Assembly: GCA_043228905.1 (NCBI GenBank)
Contig: JBHGNT010000005.1
Location: forward strand, 7,316,001-7,380,000
DNA length: 64,000 bases
Origin: Azolla caroliniana
Taxonomy: Eukaryota; Plantae; Polypodiophyta
Direction of reading: 5' to 3'
Below are positions 13,175 through 24,547 of the stretch, piece after piece. How positions within the stretch are numbered: the first letter of the stretch is position 1; every line of letters starts with the position of its first letter. Below the pieces are notes generated by a model. That model did not search any database and was not told the DNA's origin. It saw nothing but the letters and a program-made list of their open reading frames with translations. Made by a program: the position numbers and the translations under genes.

Positions 13175-16100
13175 ATGTCTCGCAAATCGGGGAGTAGCAA
13201 CAGGTGTGTTTATATTACTTTTTTTGTGTTTAATCCTGTCTTTAGTGATGATTGGGGTTTCTGATTGAAATTTCTGATTAGGGTTTTTGTTTATAAATTT
13301 CTTATTAGAATTTCTGATTAGGGTTTGTGATTGAAATTTCTGATTAGGGTTTGTGATTGAAATTTCTGATTAGGGTTTTTGATTATAAATTTCTGATTAG
13401 AATTTCTGAATAGGGTTTCTGGTTACAAATTTTGATTACAAATTAGAATTTCTGAATAGGGTTTTTGTTTATAAATTTCTGCTTAGGATTTCTGATTAGG
13501 GTTTGTGATTGAAATTTTTTATTAGGGTTTCTGATTGAAATTTCTGATTAGGGTTTTTGATTATAAATTTCTGATTAGAATTTCTGAATAAGGTTTCTGG
13601 TTACAAACTTCTGATTACAGATTTTGATTAGGGTTTCTGATTTCAAACATCTGATTACAGATTTTGATTAGGGTTTCTGATTTCAAATTTCTGAATACAA
13701 ATTATGATTAGGGTTTCTGATTTGCTAAGTTAAAGATTTTGCACCATTTTTGTTGTTGTTGATTGGGGTTTTTGATTCTCACATATTCTGATTTTGCACT
13801 ATTTCTGATTTCTGAAATGATATTTCAGATGGCTCGTTCCTCCGTATACGAGAGTGCTAAACTTCGCAAAATTTTGCGAGACAAAGGAGGACTTCCACAA
13901 CACCTATGGTCTGTCACTCGAGGGTGTTGACCCTGCTGTCCTAAGTGATAAATTGATCAGTGATATAGACTGGATGACAGTATATACAGTGCCTAGAGTC
14001 AAAGGCAAGGTCAAGCTGAAGCATGTACGAGCCGACTTGTACGATGACTGCATGAGACTGCACCAGAAAGTTCATCAGGAGATCCCAGTCAACAATGAGT
14101 TGTCAGTTTCATTTGCTAGAGCATTTGCATATGAGTACTGCAAAACAACGAAGGAATCTAGAGACCCTGAAATGTATAGGGTAGCTTGGGCAGTCTATGG
14201 TGAGGCATCGGTAAAAAGATGCCGAAAGATGGGGACCTTGGCACAAAAAATAGACAGATTTTGGAGCATGGCAGCTGTTGATGCAACTGCCGACTCCCAG
14301 CAAGACCGGGGGCATACACCACACTGACACCCAAGGAAAGCCAATGTCGATGATACAGGTGAGACATTGGTTAGCTATATGCTAAAAAAATGTCCATGAA
14401 GCCTGTGAGACATTGGCATTTTTTAAGACTGATTTAGAGAAAGCCACAATGGCTTCTGCAATGGAGAGCAAAGTTACTTCTGCTGTTACAACAATTAGAA
14501 ATAAGATTCAGGTAACTATTGTTTTGCTGGTATGTGATTGTGTTATAAATAACGGGTAAAATGTGCTAATCAAGCATTATCTGGAATAGGTTGCGCAACA
14601 GGAGCTTGAATTAGAGGGGCCACTGGATCCCCAGCGTAAAATAGAACTGCAAATAGAGATCCAGGTTCTTTCAATGAACCTGGACCTTCTAGGTGTAAAT
14701 ACTGTTGCAGATTACAATTTGGATAAGCTTCAAGTAAGTTAACGATTCCTGAGCAAAGTTGGTGTATCTTTCAACAACAAGAATAATTAATCGGTAAATT
14801 TCTCTGTTGCGTTGAAGGAACAATACATTCATCAAGAACAGGTAGTTAGCTGCCTTAAGAAGAAGCTACATTTTGTGGAGGGAATGGTAAGGACCAGACA
14901 GGATTTGGACCTGAACATTCTTGCTCCCTTACCAAATGAAGTAGAACCAGAAAATGATTTATTGACAGTTCAAGCACGTTGCATCGCTTGCGGGTTAGGT
15001 GTGGAGGACAAAACTGCGTCTTTGTTGGTTCACCTACAACCATGCAACCACACATACCATCTGCTTTGTTTTCAACATGCCTGTCGAATTGCTGCATTAT
15101 GTTTGGGAGATTGCAGTACAACTCTACCAAATGAGTGGAGAAAACTAACAGGTATACCATACTGTAGCTAATAAGCTTAGTCTTTTCTAATTAGCTATCC
15201 TACTAGCTAATTAGCTACTGGCAGCTAATGAGCTACTAGCTAATTAGCTATCCTAGTAGCTAATTAGCTATGGTACTAGCTAATTAGCTAGTACCATAGT
15301 TGTGTAAAAAAGCTAAATAGCTATCCTACTAGCTAATTAGCCACTGGCAACTAATTAGTTATCCTAGTAACTAATTAGCTACTGCCATAGTTGTGTAAAG
15401 TAGCTAATAAGCTATCCTAGTAGCTAATTAGCTATGGTACTAGCTAATTAGCTAGTACCATAGTTGTGTAAAAAAGCTAATTAGCTATCCTACTAGCTAA
15501 TTAGCTACTCGCAACTAATTAGCTATCCTACTAGCGAATTAGCTACTGGCAACTAATTAGCTATCCTACTAGCTAATTAGCTATCATAGTAGCTAATTAG
15601 CTACTGACATAGTTGTGTAAAGTAGCTAATAAGCTATCCTAGTAGCTAATTAGCTGTCCTAGTAGCTAATAAGCTATCCTAGCTACTACATAGTTGAGAA
15701 AGTAGCTAATTAGCTTTCATTGTAGCTAATTAGCTATCCTAGCTACCACCATAGTTAGTAAAGTAGCTAATTAGCTATCCTAGCTACTACCATAGTTAGT
15801 AAAGTAGCTAATTAGCTATCCTAGCTACTACCATAGTTGAGTAAAGTAGCTAATTAGCTATCCTAGCTACTACCATAGTTGAGTAAAGTAGCTAATAAGC
15901 TACCATAGTAGCTAATTAGCTATCCTAGCTACTACCATAGTTGTGTAAAGTAGCTAATAAGCTATCCTACTAGCTAATTAGCTATCCTAGTAGCTAATTA
16001 GCTATGGTACTAGCTAATTAGCTAGTACCATAGTTGTGTAAAAAAGCTAATTAGCTATCCTACTAGCTAATTAGCCACTGGCAACTAATTAGCTATCCTA

Positions 16101-17302
16101 GTAACTAATTAGCTACTGCCATAGTTGTGTAAAGTAGCTAATAAGCTATCCTAGTAGCTAATTAGCTACTAGCAGCTAATTAGCTATCCTAGTAGCTAAT
16201 TAGCTATCCTACTAGCTAATTAGCTAGTACCATAGTTGTGTAAAAAAGCTAATTAGCTATCCTACTAGCTAATTAGCTAGTACCATAGTTGTGTAAAAAA
16301 GCTAATTAGCTACTGGCAACTAATTAGCTATCCTAGTAGCTAATTAGCTATCCTACTAGCTAATTAGCTGTTGGCAACTAATTAGCTATCGTACTAGCGA
16401 ATTAGCTATCCTAGTAGCTAATTAGCTACTGGCAACTAATTAGCTATCCTACTAGCTAATTAGCTATCATAGTAGCTAATTAGCTACTGCCATAGTTGTG
16501 TAAAGTAGCTAATAAGCTGTCCTAGTAGCTAATTAGCTACTGGCAGCTAATTAGCTATCCTAGTAGCTAATTAGCTATCCTAGTAGCTAATTAGCTACTG
16601 GCAGCTAATTAGCTGTCCTAACTACTACCATAGTTGAGTAAAGTACCTAATTAGCTATCATACTAGCTAATTAGCTATCGTACTAGCTAATTAGCTATCC
16701 TAGCTTCTACCATAGTTTAGTAAAGTAGCTAATTAGCTATCCTAAATAACTGTCATGTTATTGTAGAATCTTGTGGATTAAGGACGACACATGATGTGTC
16801 TGGTGCTGATGATGCTGCAACAGATGAGGATACTACTGCCAATGTGGCTGAAAGTAAGAGTCCTGCTATCACATCTCCTTCAGATCAGCTGCACCCTATT
16901 CTTTTGGAACAGTGTACTGAATTAGGCAACGATGTGAAATGCCATGAAATAGTGGAAACAACATGTAAAACTGAGGTTCACAACAACAGTGTTTATGAAC
17001 ACTTGATGCAACATTTCTTCGAGTCTCAAGACCTTGATTCCACCCCACCGAGCCCAACTACTGAAAATGTCCAAACAGATCCCTCTGTACTTGAAAAGCT
17101 AGTTCAAGAAACGGCTGATGTGCAATTAGCTGCTGAGGCGATGGGAAGGTTGTCGGAGGAGGACACACTTGCGCATTGGGTGAAAGAAGCAAGGCTAAAT
17201 GGGGAACCAACCAGAAAAAGGCTGAAGAAGGGGCCACGATCGGGAACAAGACCAGTTACTCGGTCAAGGGGCCTAGACGTAGTGGAGCGAAATACTGTTT
17301 AG
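13175..17302 (+). CDS. Transposon accessory gene: unknown N-terminal domain, coiled-coil-like region, RING-H2 finger, acidic/basic tail; one apparent frame break near 14.31 kb
   Basis: Phase-compatible GT-AG exons: 13175-13203, 13829-14511 (needs loss of one G in the run 14308-14312 plus a likely 69-nt intron 14359-14427), 14590-14733, 14818-15151 and 16767-17302. RING-H2 pattern C-x2-C-x17-C-x-H-x2-H-x2-C-x10-C-x3-C. A 5' UTR intron is likely at 13051-13146. Confidence 0.7.
13250..13820 (+). repeat. Intronic tandem array of TTCTGATTAGGGT-type units containing telo-box TTAGGGTTT
   Basis: Repeated aaatttctgattagggtttctgatt variants fill the predicted intron 13204-13828. Confidence 0.9.
15165..16742. 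repeat. Intronic array of the palindrome TAGCTAATTAGCTA with higher-order repeats
   Basis: Dozens of copies separated by short spacers (tcctag, ctggca, ccatagttgtgtaaag). Lies inside the predicted intron 15152-16766. Confidence 0.95.
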
Positions 17303-17551
17303 TTGGATATGATTGTTAGCTTAGGGATTTTGCTAGGGTTTTATGAAGTTTTACTATCCTGTTGGACAAGTAAAACCTCAGATTGGTTGTTGCTTGATCC
17401 ACATTATGTAATGGAACTCTATGATGTTTTTCCAAGATAATTTGAAGAGTGTTGTTCTATGACTGAAACTCTTTGATGTTCAGGATATTGTTTTGTGAGA
17501 CTATTAGTTACTTTGTGAGTGTGAATATGTTGGTGTTTTCTGATGTTGCAG

Positions 17552-18528
17552 AGTCTAAAGGGTTTGATTCTATTGCTCGTAAGGCCAATGGCAGTGTGGA
17601 TACTGTTGATGTTGCGGCATGTTTAAAGGGCCCCATCTTGAAAGTAGATGTAGCAACTGACACAAGTGATCTAGTCACACAAGTTGATCAAGCATGTAGC
17701 TCGGATGACTTGGTGTTGCAGGTAGATGCAGCATGTGATACCAGTGGACTGATATCGAGCAAATCAGTAGCTACATGCACTGAGGTAATCCAAGGATTGA
17801 TAACTAAGTCGACAAAACAAGAGCACCAGAATGTGAAGCTAGACCCAACACAGTCGACTAGGGGTTTAAAGAGGAAAAGGACACCAGTTGTGTCAGCCGA
17901 ACCTGAGCTGATTGAGATTGATCGTATCCTACCAGAAAATGGTGTAACAGCGGCTCAGTTTCAGGAATGGAAACCTAAACCACTAGAAGTCGAAAGAAGA
18001 GCCTTGATCTTGGAGCTTGATAAAGTCTTGATGAGTGTGAGATATATGCAGCCAAGGAGGGACGCAAATCAGTTTCTAGAGTGGGCTGTGGAATACTTTG
18101 ATTTGTTTATTTGGAGTGAAAAACCAAAATCAGATGTGTGGAAGTGTTTGGCAAGATTCTTCCCAAAATGGCGAAGTCGTTTTAAAGGTCAATGGGCACG
18201 AGAAAATTGTGAGCAAATGGAAGCTGCAAGATTCAAGAGACTTTCTGATTTTTGGGCTACTTGGCCTGAATATAATGCCGACAATACATTGATTTTGGAT
18301 ACAGAACATTTCCGACACTACTTCAATATTCGGAGATGCTGTCTCATTCTACCCGAGGAAATGCCTGAACAGTACCTGGTGCAAATAGTGAGCTGCCAAC
18401 TAGGTGCATGGTTGTGGACTCCATATCGAGCTCAATATGCGGATAATATATGTAGACTCGTTCCACTGACTAGCAAGAGCTTAGCTGTTTATAGGAGATT
18501 TGTAGACATTTCCAATGGTAATTTATAA
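17552..18528 (+). CDS. Second accessory coding exon or ORF; unknown protein with 13-aa repeats, an NLS-like KRKR and a Trp-rich C-terminal domain
   Basis: 351-codon open frame (17473-18528) with a phase-1 acceptor ttgcag|AG at 17552. This is compatible with phase-1 donors after 15151 or 16853 (GAAA|gtaaga). Confidence 0.6.
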
Positions 18529-18875
18529 ATATGTAAAGAGATGGCATTATTCAATGAAGAATTTAATTACTTGTTCCCACTGTACTTATCTACTGTGTAA
18601 TTTGAGGAATATGTTGCAGATTGTTGATTTCATGCTATTGATGACTATTTAGCTATTGACAGCTAATTAGCTGCATTTGTACAGCTAATTAGCTACTGAT
18701 GGCTATTTCGCTATAACTTATAACTTAAAACTTAACAAAAAAGACATGATTTTATTGAGAAAGAAGCACAGAAAGCAGACTGTATACAAGAAATTGATTC
18801 CAAACAAATTTATTTAACTGTTTTCCCGAAATACATGTTTGTTTTACAAGAGAACATGGTAAGTGCTACTTGTAG

Positions 18876-21800
18876 CTACAAATTCCATGGCATACTATTG
18901 TAAATACATTCATACACATTAGCACCAACAGTGTATAAACCGGAGCAGCTATTGTATTCTGACATTGGGACGTTGATGCACCTGACCAAATGAGAGTACA
19001 TATACGCCGCTGGTTTGTCTTCTAACAGCCTGTACACATATTCGTAGTCATCTAGTTTTGCATAAAAAATGCCTTCGATGTAGAATGTCTCGGCAGATAC
19101 AAAATTTCCCCATGCATCTACAATATTCTGCCTTGCACACTGTTTACTAACCGTGCACTTTAATATATAGAAATCAGCACCCTCTGAATTGCCTTCTTCA
19201 GCATTTACAGCGAAGTTATCCCCAACGTTCATGACATCACTCAAAGTATCTCCAAGTCCCTCATATGTGAAGTCAGCATTCTGCCCTGTTTCTCCATCAA
19301 CTGCTTCCTTATCATTCAGAGTGTGATACTCCCAATTCTGAATGTATGCTTTGTTTAGACAATATCTCCAATTTCCCTGCACACAATGGAAGCAAAAACA
19401 AGTCAATTCTCTAACCGCAATACAATGACCATCCAACCTGGAATAACCGCGAACAGCATGCAGAGATCGCAATTCGGGAATTCCTTGGCACTCCCAGGTC
19501 TTCTCCCTATTTATTTCATCTATCTTCACTTCCCAAAATTCACGTTTGATATCTCGGACTTGCGAGGAATAAACACCTGTGGCACTCGTTGACATATTTG
19601 TTCTTAAAAATTCAACTACATGTGATGCACAATTCATGTGCACACCATCTGTCTTTAGTTGTTCATGGGTAAGTGCCCGCTTTATAACAGCCCCTGCACC
19701 ATCATGTTCACCTTTACCATGGCCAGACCCAAAAAAATTCCATCTCATCTCCAAACCTGTTATAGCAGGATACCTCCCCACAAAATAAAATGGACGTCGA
19801 GCCTTGAATTGTGACGCAGCTCCGTCAGACCAGACCCAATGTTGAGTAAGCTCCAAACGTTGAGCTAATAACCACTGCCAATGTAACTTAAAACAGTGTT
19901 GGACGAACAAGGTATCATGCTTCTTATCATCGGAAATAAAGAAATGAATTACTTTTTTAACATCACCTGAAACTCGAAAATATGTTATGTGCACAAAAAT
20001 GGTTACTTGAACTAAACACCAATGCATAGATTGAATTTCATTCTGCTGCTTGAAAGTATAATTCTCTTCGAAATCTACTACTGAGACTACTACATCATTT
20101 GGGAAATCAGATATGCAAGTCTTAAACTGATGGGCCTGCCATGAATAAATGAAGTTGTGTTTAATGAACTTTCCTAGAGATACTACAAACAGAGACACCA
20201 AATCCCTTGGTTTAAGCATCTTCCGAACTAGATCCTTTCTTTTACACACCTTTCCTTCGAAATTGGTGTTCACTGACTCAAATAACTTCACAGAGATCAA
20301 TATTTCACTACTCAATTCATTTGGACACCACCTAAATCTAGTAGGGCCACAATCTTGACATAAACCCATGACACATTTATGAATATGGAAGATAGCGTCA
20401 GTTTCTCTCGGACACAATATTGAATCTAATAAATAACTCATGGAAGAGATAACGTGCTCAGATGATTTACACTCCTCTTGCGGGCTTGATCGACAGATTG
20501 GGCACCCACATGTGCAAACTGTATTAGTTAGGGATGCGCTATGGTGACGTAGTAGATTAACAGAGTCCTTCAGAAAACCCATCTGTACATGGTAAATGCA
20601 ACAACATGTGTATCGATCCTTTAAGCGTCTCACAAAGTGTGGCTTAAGAGACTCGAATGTTCGTAGTTGAACTTTGATAGTTGGATGCATTCGTTTGAAC
20701 CTAATAAATAAATCGACCTGCGTAATAAAGGGGAATTAGTTATTCTCGTAACTAGCTAACTATCCTAGTAGCTAATTAGCTATTCTAGTAGCTAGTTAGC
20801 TATTCTAGTATCTAATTAGCTATCATGGTAGCTAATTAGCTGTCCTAGTAGCTAATTAGCTATCATGGTAGCTAATTAGCTGTCCTAGTAGCTAATTAGT
20901 TGTCCTAGTAGCTAATTAGCTATCATGGTAGCTAATTAGCTGTCGTAGTAGCTAATTAGCTATCATGGTAGCTAATTAGCTATTCTAGTAGCTAATTAGC
21001 TATTCTAGTAGCTAATTAGCTATCATGGTAGCTAATTAGATGTCGTAGTAGCTAATTAGCTATCATGGTAGCTAATTAGCTGTCCTAGTAGCTAATTAGT
21101 TGTCCTAGTAGCTAATTAGCTATCATGGTAGCTAATTAGCTGCTCTAGTAGCTAATTAGCTATCATGGTGGCTAATTAGCTTTCCTAGTAACTAATTAGC
21201 TATCATGGTAGCTAATTAGCTGGTCTAGTAGCTAATTAGCTATCATGGTGGCTAATTAGCTTTCCTAGTAACTAATTAGCTATCATGGTAGCTAATTAGC
21301 TGGTCTAGTAGCTAATTAGCTATCATGGTAGCTAATTAGCTATAATGGTGGCTAATTAGCTTTCCTAATAACTAATTAGCTATCATGGTAGCTAATTAGT
21401 TGGTCTAGTAGCTAATTAGCTATCATGGTAGCTAATTAGCTATCATGGTGGCTAATTAGCTGTCCTAGTAACTAATTAGCTATCATGGTAGCTAATTAGC
21501 TGGTCTAGTAGCTAATTAGCTATAATGGTGGCTAATTAGCTATCCTAACTAATTAGCTATCATGGTGGCTAATTAGCTGTCCTAGTAACTAATTAGCTAT
21601 CATGGTAGCTAATTAGCTGGTCTAGTAGCTAATTAGCTGGTCTAGTAGCTAATTAGCTATAATGGTGGCTAATTAGCTATCCTAACTAATTAGCTATCAT
21701 GGTAGCTAATTAGCTATCATGGTAGCTAATTAGCTATCATGGTGGCTAATTAGCTGTCCTAGTAACTAATTAGCTATCATGGTAGCTAATTAGCTGGTCT

Positions 21801-23204
21801 AGTAGCTAATTAGCTATAATGGTGGCTAATTAGCTATCCTAACTAATTAGCTATCATGGTAGCAAATTAGCTGGTCTAGTAGCTAATTAGCTATCACGGT
21901 GGCTAATTAGCTATCCTAGTAAGCTAATTAGCTATCATGGTAGCTAATTAGCTTTCCTAGTAGCTAATTAGCTGGTAATAACGAAATAACAAACTAGCTA
22001 CCATGATAGCTAACTAGCTTCCAGTACAACTAATTATCTGGTAGTACCTAAATTAGCTATTGAGAATAGCTAATTAGCTATCATGGTAGTAGCTATTGAG
22101 AGTAGCCAGTTACCTATGTAGTAGCTATCATAGTAGCTAATTAGCTATCATGGTAGCTAATTAGCTTTCCTAGTAGCTAATTAGCTGGTAATAACGAAAT
22201 AGCTAACTAGCTACCATGATAGCTAACTAGCTAGCAGTACAGCTAATTATCTGGTAGTACCTAAATTAGCTATTGAGAATAGCTAATTAGCTATCATGGT
22301 AGTAACTATTGAGAGTAGCTAGTTACCTATGTAGTAGCGATCCTAGTAGCTAACTGAGGTAAATGTAACTGATAAGCTAATTAGCTTTTCTGCTAACTGA
22401 GCTAATTAACTTTCCGAGTAGAGTCAAAACAAATGTTGAGATAAATGTAAATACCCGAGGTACATCAAGAAGATGAATGGGATGCTCCTCGTATTGATTT
22501 CTTCCAACACGTTTCCTGCATAAATCCTTTTTATTGGGTGAAACCCTACTCTCATTAGTCCAAAACATTGTGATTACATCCTTGATTTCAAATGTTATGG
22601 GTGTCATTGGCTTACATCTTGTAGTTAGCTTTAGTAGACTAGTTCCTTCACCCGAGGAAATTATACGGTTCATTGTATTGTACACTGTTTTTCTACTAAC
22701 ACCAATTACCTTAGATAGCTCACTGATGTTTATATCGTCAACATCACTATTAAGTAACATCATTAGACTAGACCTTTTTAAGACAAGATCATCTTCTGAC
22801 CTGCTCATGGATACGAAACTATTACGAAGATTATTTACTAAAATAGATGATATGTTTGCATTAAGACCATCACAATCAACTAAGTCCTTTATCGATGGAT
22901 CATTACATATTCCATAAAGTACTACCTTCTTTTCTTCATTGCTGATGTGCTTGGTTTGAACATTGAAATAGTCTACAACCTTTCTCTCTATGATGGTAGT
23001 CGCATTACTTACATTCTCAGCTAAACTATCCTTACCTTTACTGAGTGTGGCTTTCGTATCCTTCAACAATTGACGATGTTTCCTTTTTTTTTCTGCCCAA
23101 TAGTTTCGTATGGCTTGTTGTGTCCTGATAACATCATCCCTATCCTTATGATCATTGAGGGGTAATTCTAAACACCCTTCTTCCCCTTCCATTTGGCTGG
23201 ACAT
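18876..23204 (-). CDS. Sola2-type DDD transposase, two exons, ~863 aa, uninterrupted
   Basis: Exon 1 23204-22455 (donor CGG|gtattt) plus exon 2 20717-18876 (acceptor acgcag|GTC) gives ...HLLDVPR-VDLFIRFKRMHPTIKV.... Motifs VDFEENY..QNEIQSMHW..QVT, ISDDKKHD, WSDGAASQFK and WNFFGSGHGKGEHDGAGAVIKR, plus Cys clusters. Confidence 0.88.
20750..22410. repeat. Intronic ~20-bp-period array of GTAGCTAATTAGCT plus a 6-nt variable spacer
   Basis: Very regular from 20760 to 21980 (spacers atcatg, gtccta, attcta, ggtcta, ttccta). Lies inside transposase intron 20718-22454. Confidence 0.95.
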
Positions 23205-23539
23205 GTTAAAACCCTTAAATTTCTAGAAAAAAAAACAAGTATTAAAGATGGCTATGGGCAACAACAATACACAAAAATATTCCACACAATACACAAGATT
23301 AGACACAACAATACACAAGATAATCAATAGACAAAAAAGTTATTGCAATCCAAGACCGAACAGTAGAGGATTTCACTCCGTTGGATCCAACAGTTGAGGA
23401 GGCGATCCAAGACCGACTAATGGCAACAACTGAGTGTAGAATGTTGCCGTTGGATGAGTGAACTCCGTCAAATCGAAATGTGGAAGCAATCCGGGACTGG
23501 TCAGTAGTGGCAACTGAGTATAGAATGATGGCAATGGAG

Positions 23540-24195
23540 GAGAGAACCCCGTCAGATTGAACAGTTACCGATGATGCTTGAAACGCACATAGAAGGCACT
23601 TGAGAATAGAGTGGCATAGAGAAGAGAACCCCGTCAGATTGAACAGTTACCAATGATGCTTGAAACGCACAGTAGCGGCCCCTGAGTGAGAGTGGAAAAG
23701 AGAAGAGAACCCCGTCAGATTGAATAGCTCTTTGATTATGCTTGGAACGCACAGTAGCAGCCCCTGAGTGTAGAGTGGCAAAGAGAAGAGAACCCCGTCA
23801 GATTGAACAGCTCTTTGATGATGCTTGGAACGCACAGCAGCGGCCCCTGAGTGTAGAGTGGCACAGAGAAGAGAACCCCCTCAGATTGAACAACTCTTTG
23901 ATGATGCTTGGAACGCACAGTAATGGCCCCTGAGTGTAGAGTGGCACAGAGAAGAGAACCCCGTCAGATTGAACAGCTCTTTGATGATGCTTGGAACGCA
24001 CAGTAATGGCCCCTGAGTGTAGAGTGGCACAGAGAAGAGAACCCCGTCAGATTGAACAGCTCTTTGATGATGCTTGGAATGCACAGTAGTGGCCCCTGAG
24101 TGTAGAGTGTCACAGAGAAGAGAACCCCGTCAGATTGAGCAGCTCTTTGATGATGCTTGGAACGCACAGTAGCGGCCCCTCAGTGTAGAGTGGCG
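23540..24195. repeat. 83-bp tandem repeat, about 8 copies, upstream of the transposase ATG
   Basis: Unit gagaagagaaccccgtcagattgaacagctctttgatgatgcttggaacgcacagtagcggcccctgagtgtagagtggcaca. Copies become more diverged toward 23440. Confidence 0.95.
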
Positions 24196-24522
24196 GCAGG
24201 TGGACTCGATAGGGTTTAGCAACAGTTGTAGCAACTAACCCACAATACTCAACTAGAGATGGCCTACGTGATGTGGCAAAGGATCATGCATAATGGACCT
24301 AGGAATTCAATATATAATTTATGGTACACATTTATGGTGCACACATCAATTTATGTTGCACATTTATGGCACTCATTTACATAAGTAATTAAAACACTCT
24401 AGTATTTTCAATGGTAGTTTTTTGCATACTTAATTTATTAATGATGACTTTTTACTAAAATGACTATTTATCAATGGTAGCTTTTTGCATAGCTAATTAG
24501 CTATGTCAAGGACATAGCTAAT

Positions 24523-24547
24523 TGTTTCCACTCGTATGCTTTCACCC
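24523..24547 (-). repeat. Right terminal inverted repeat
   Basis: Reverse complement reads GGGTGAAAGCATACGAGTGGAAACA. Confidence 0.92.

Larger units (their letters stand above)
12696..24547 (-). mobile_element. Complete Sola2-type DNA transposon, 11,852 bp
   Basis: 25-bp TIRs with 23/25 match, termini GGG...CCC, ATAT on both flanks (12692-12695 and 24548-24551), and an internal Sola2-type transposase. GRG termini and 4-bp TSDs are described for Sola2. Confidence 0.88.

Noticed and set aside
13250-13820. Interstitial telomere
   Set aside because: TTAGGG occurs singly within longer units, never as (TTTAGGG)n.
18876-20690. CACTA, hAT, Mutator or Harbinger assignment for the transposase
   Set aside because: The GGG termini, 4-bp TSD and DFxENY / SDG..Q.K / HGK...DG motifs do not fit those superfamilies and do fit Sola2.
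20750-22410. CRISPR-like array (palindromic repeat plus variable spacer)
   Set aside because: Spacers are only ~6 nt and recur many times, there are no cas genes, and the context is a eukaryotic intron.
23552-24167. Series of similar 60-67-aa ORFs
   Set aside because: They are translations of the 83-bp tandem repeat, whose length is not a multiple of 3.
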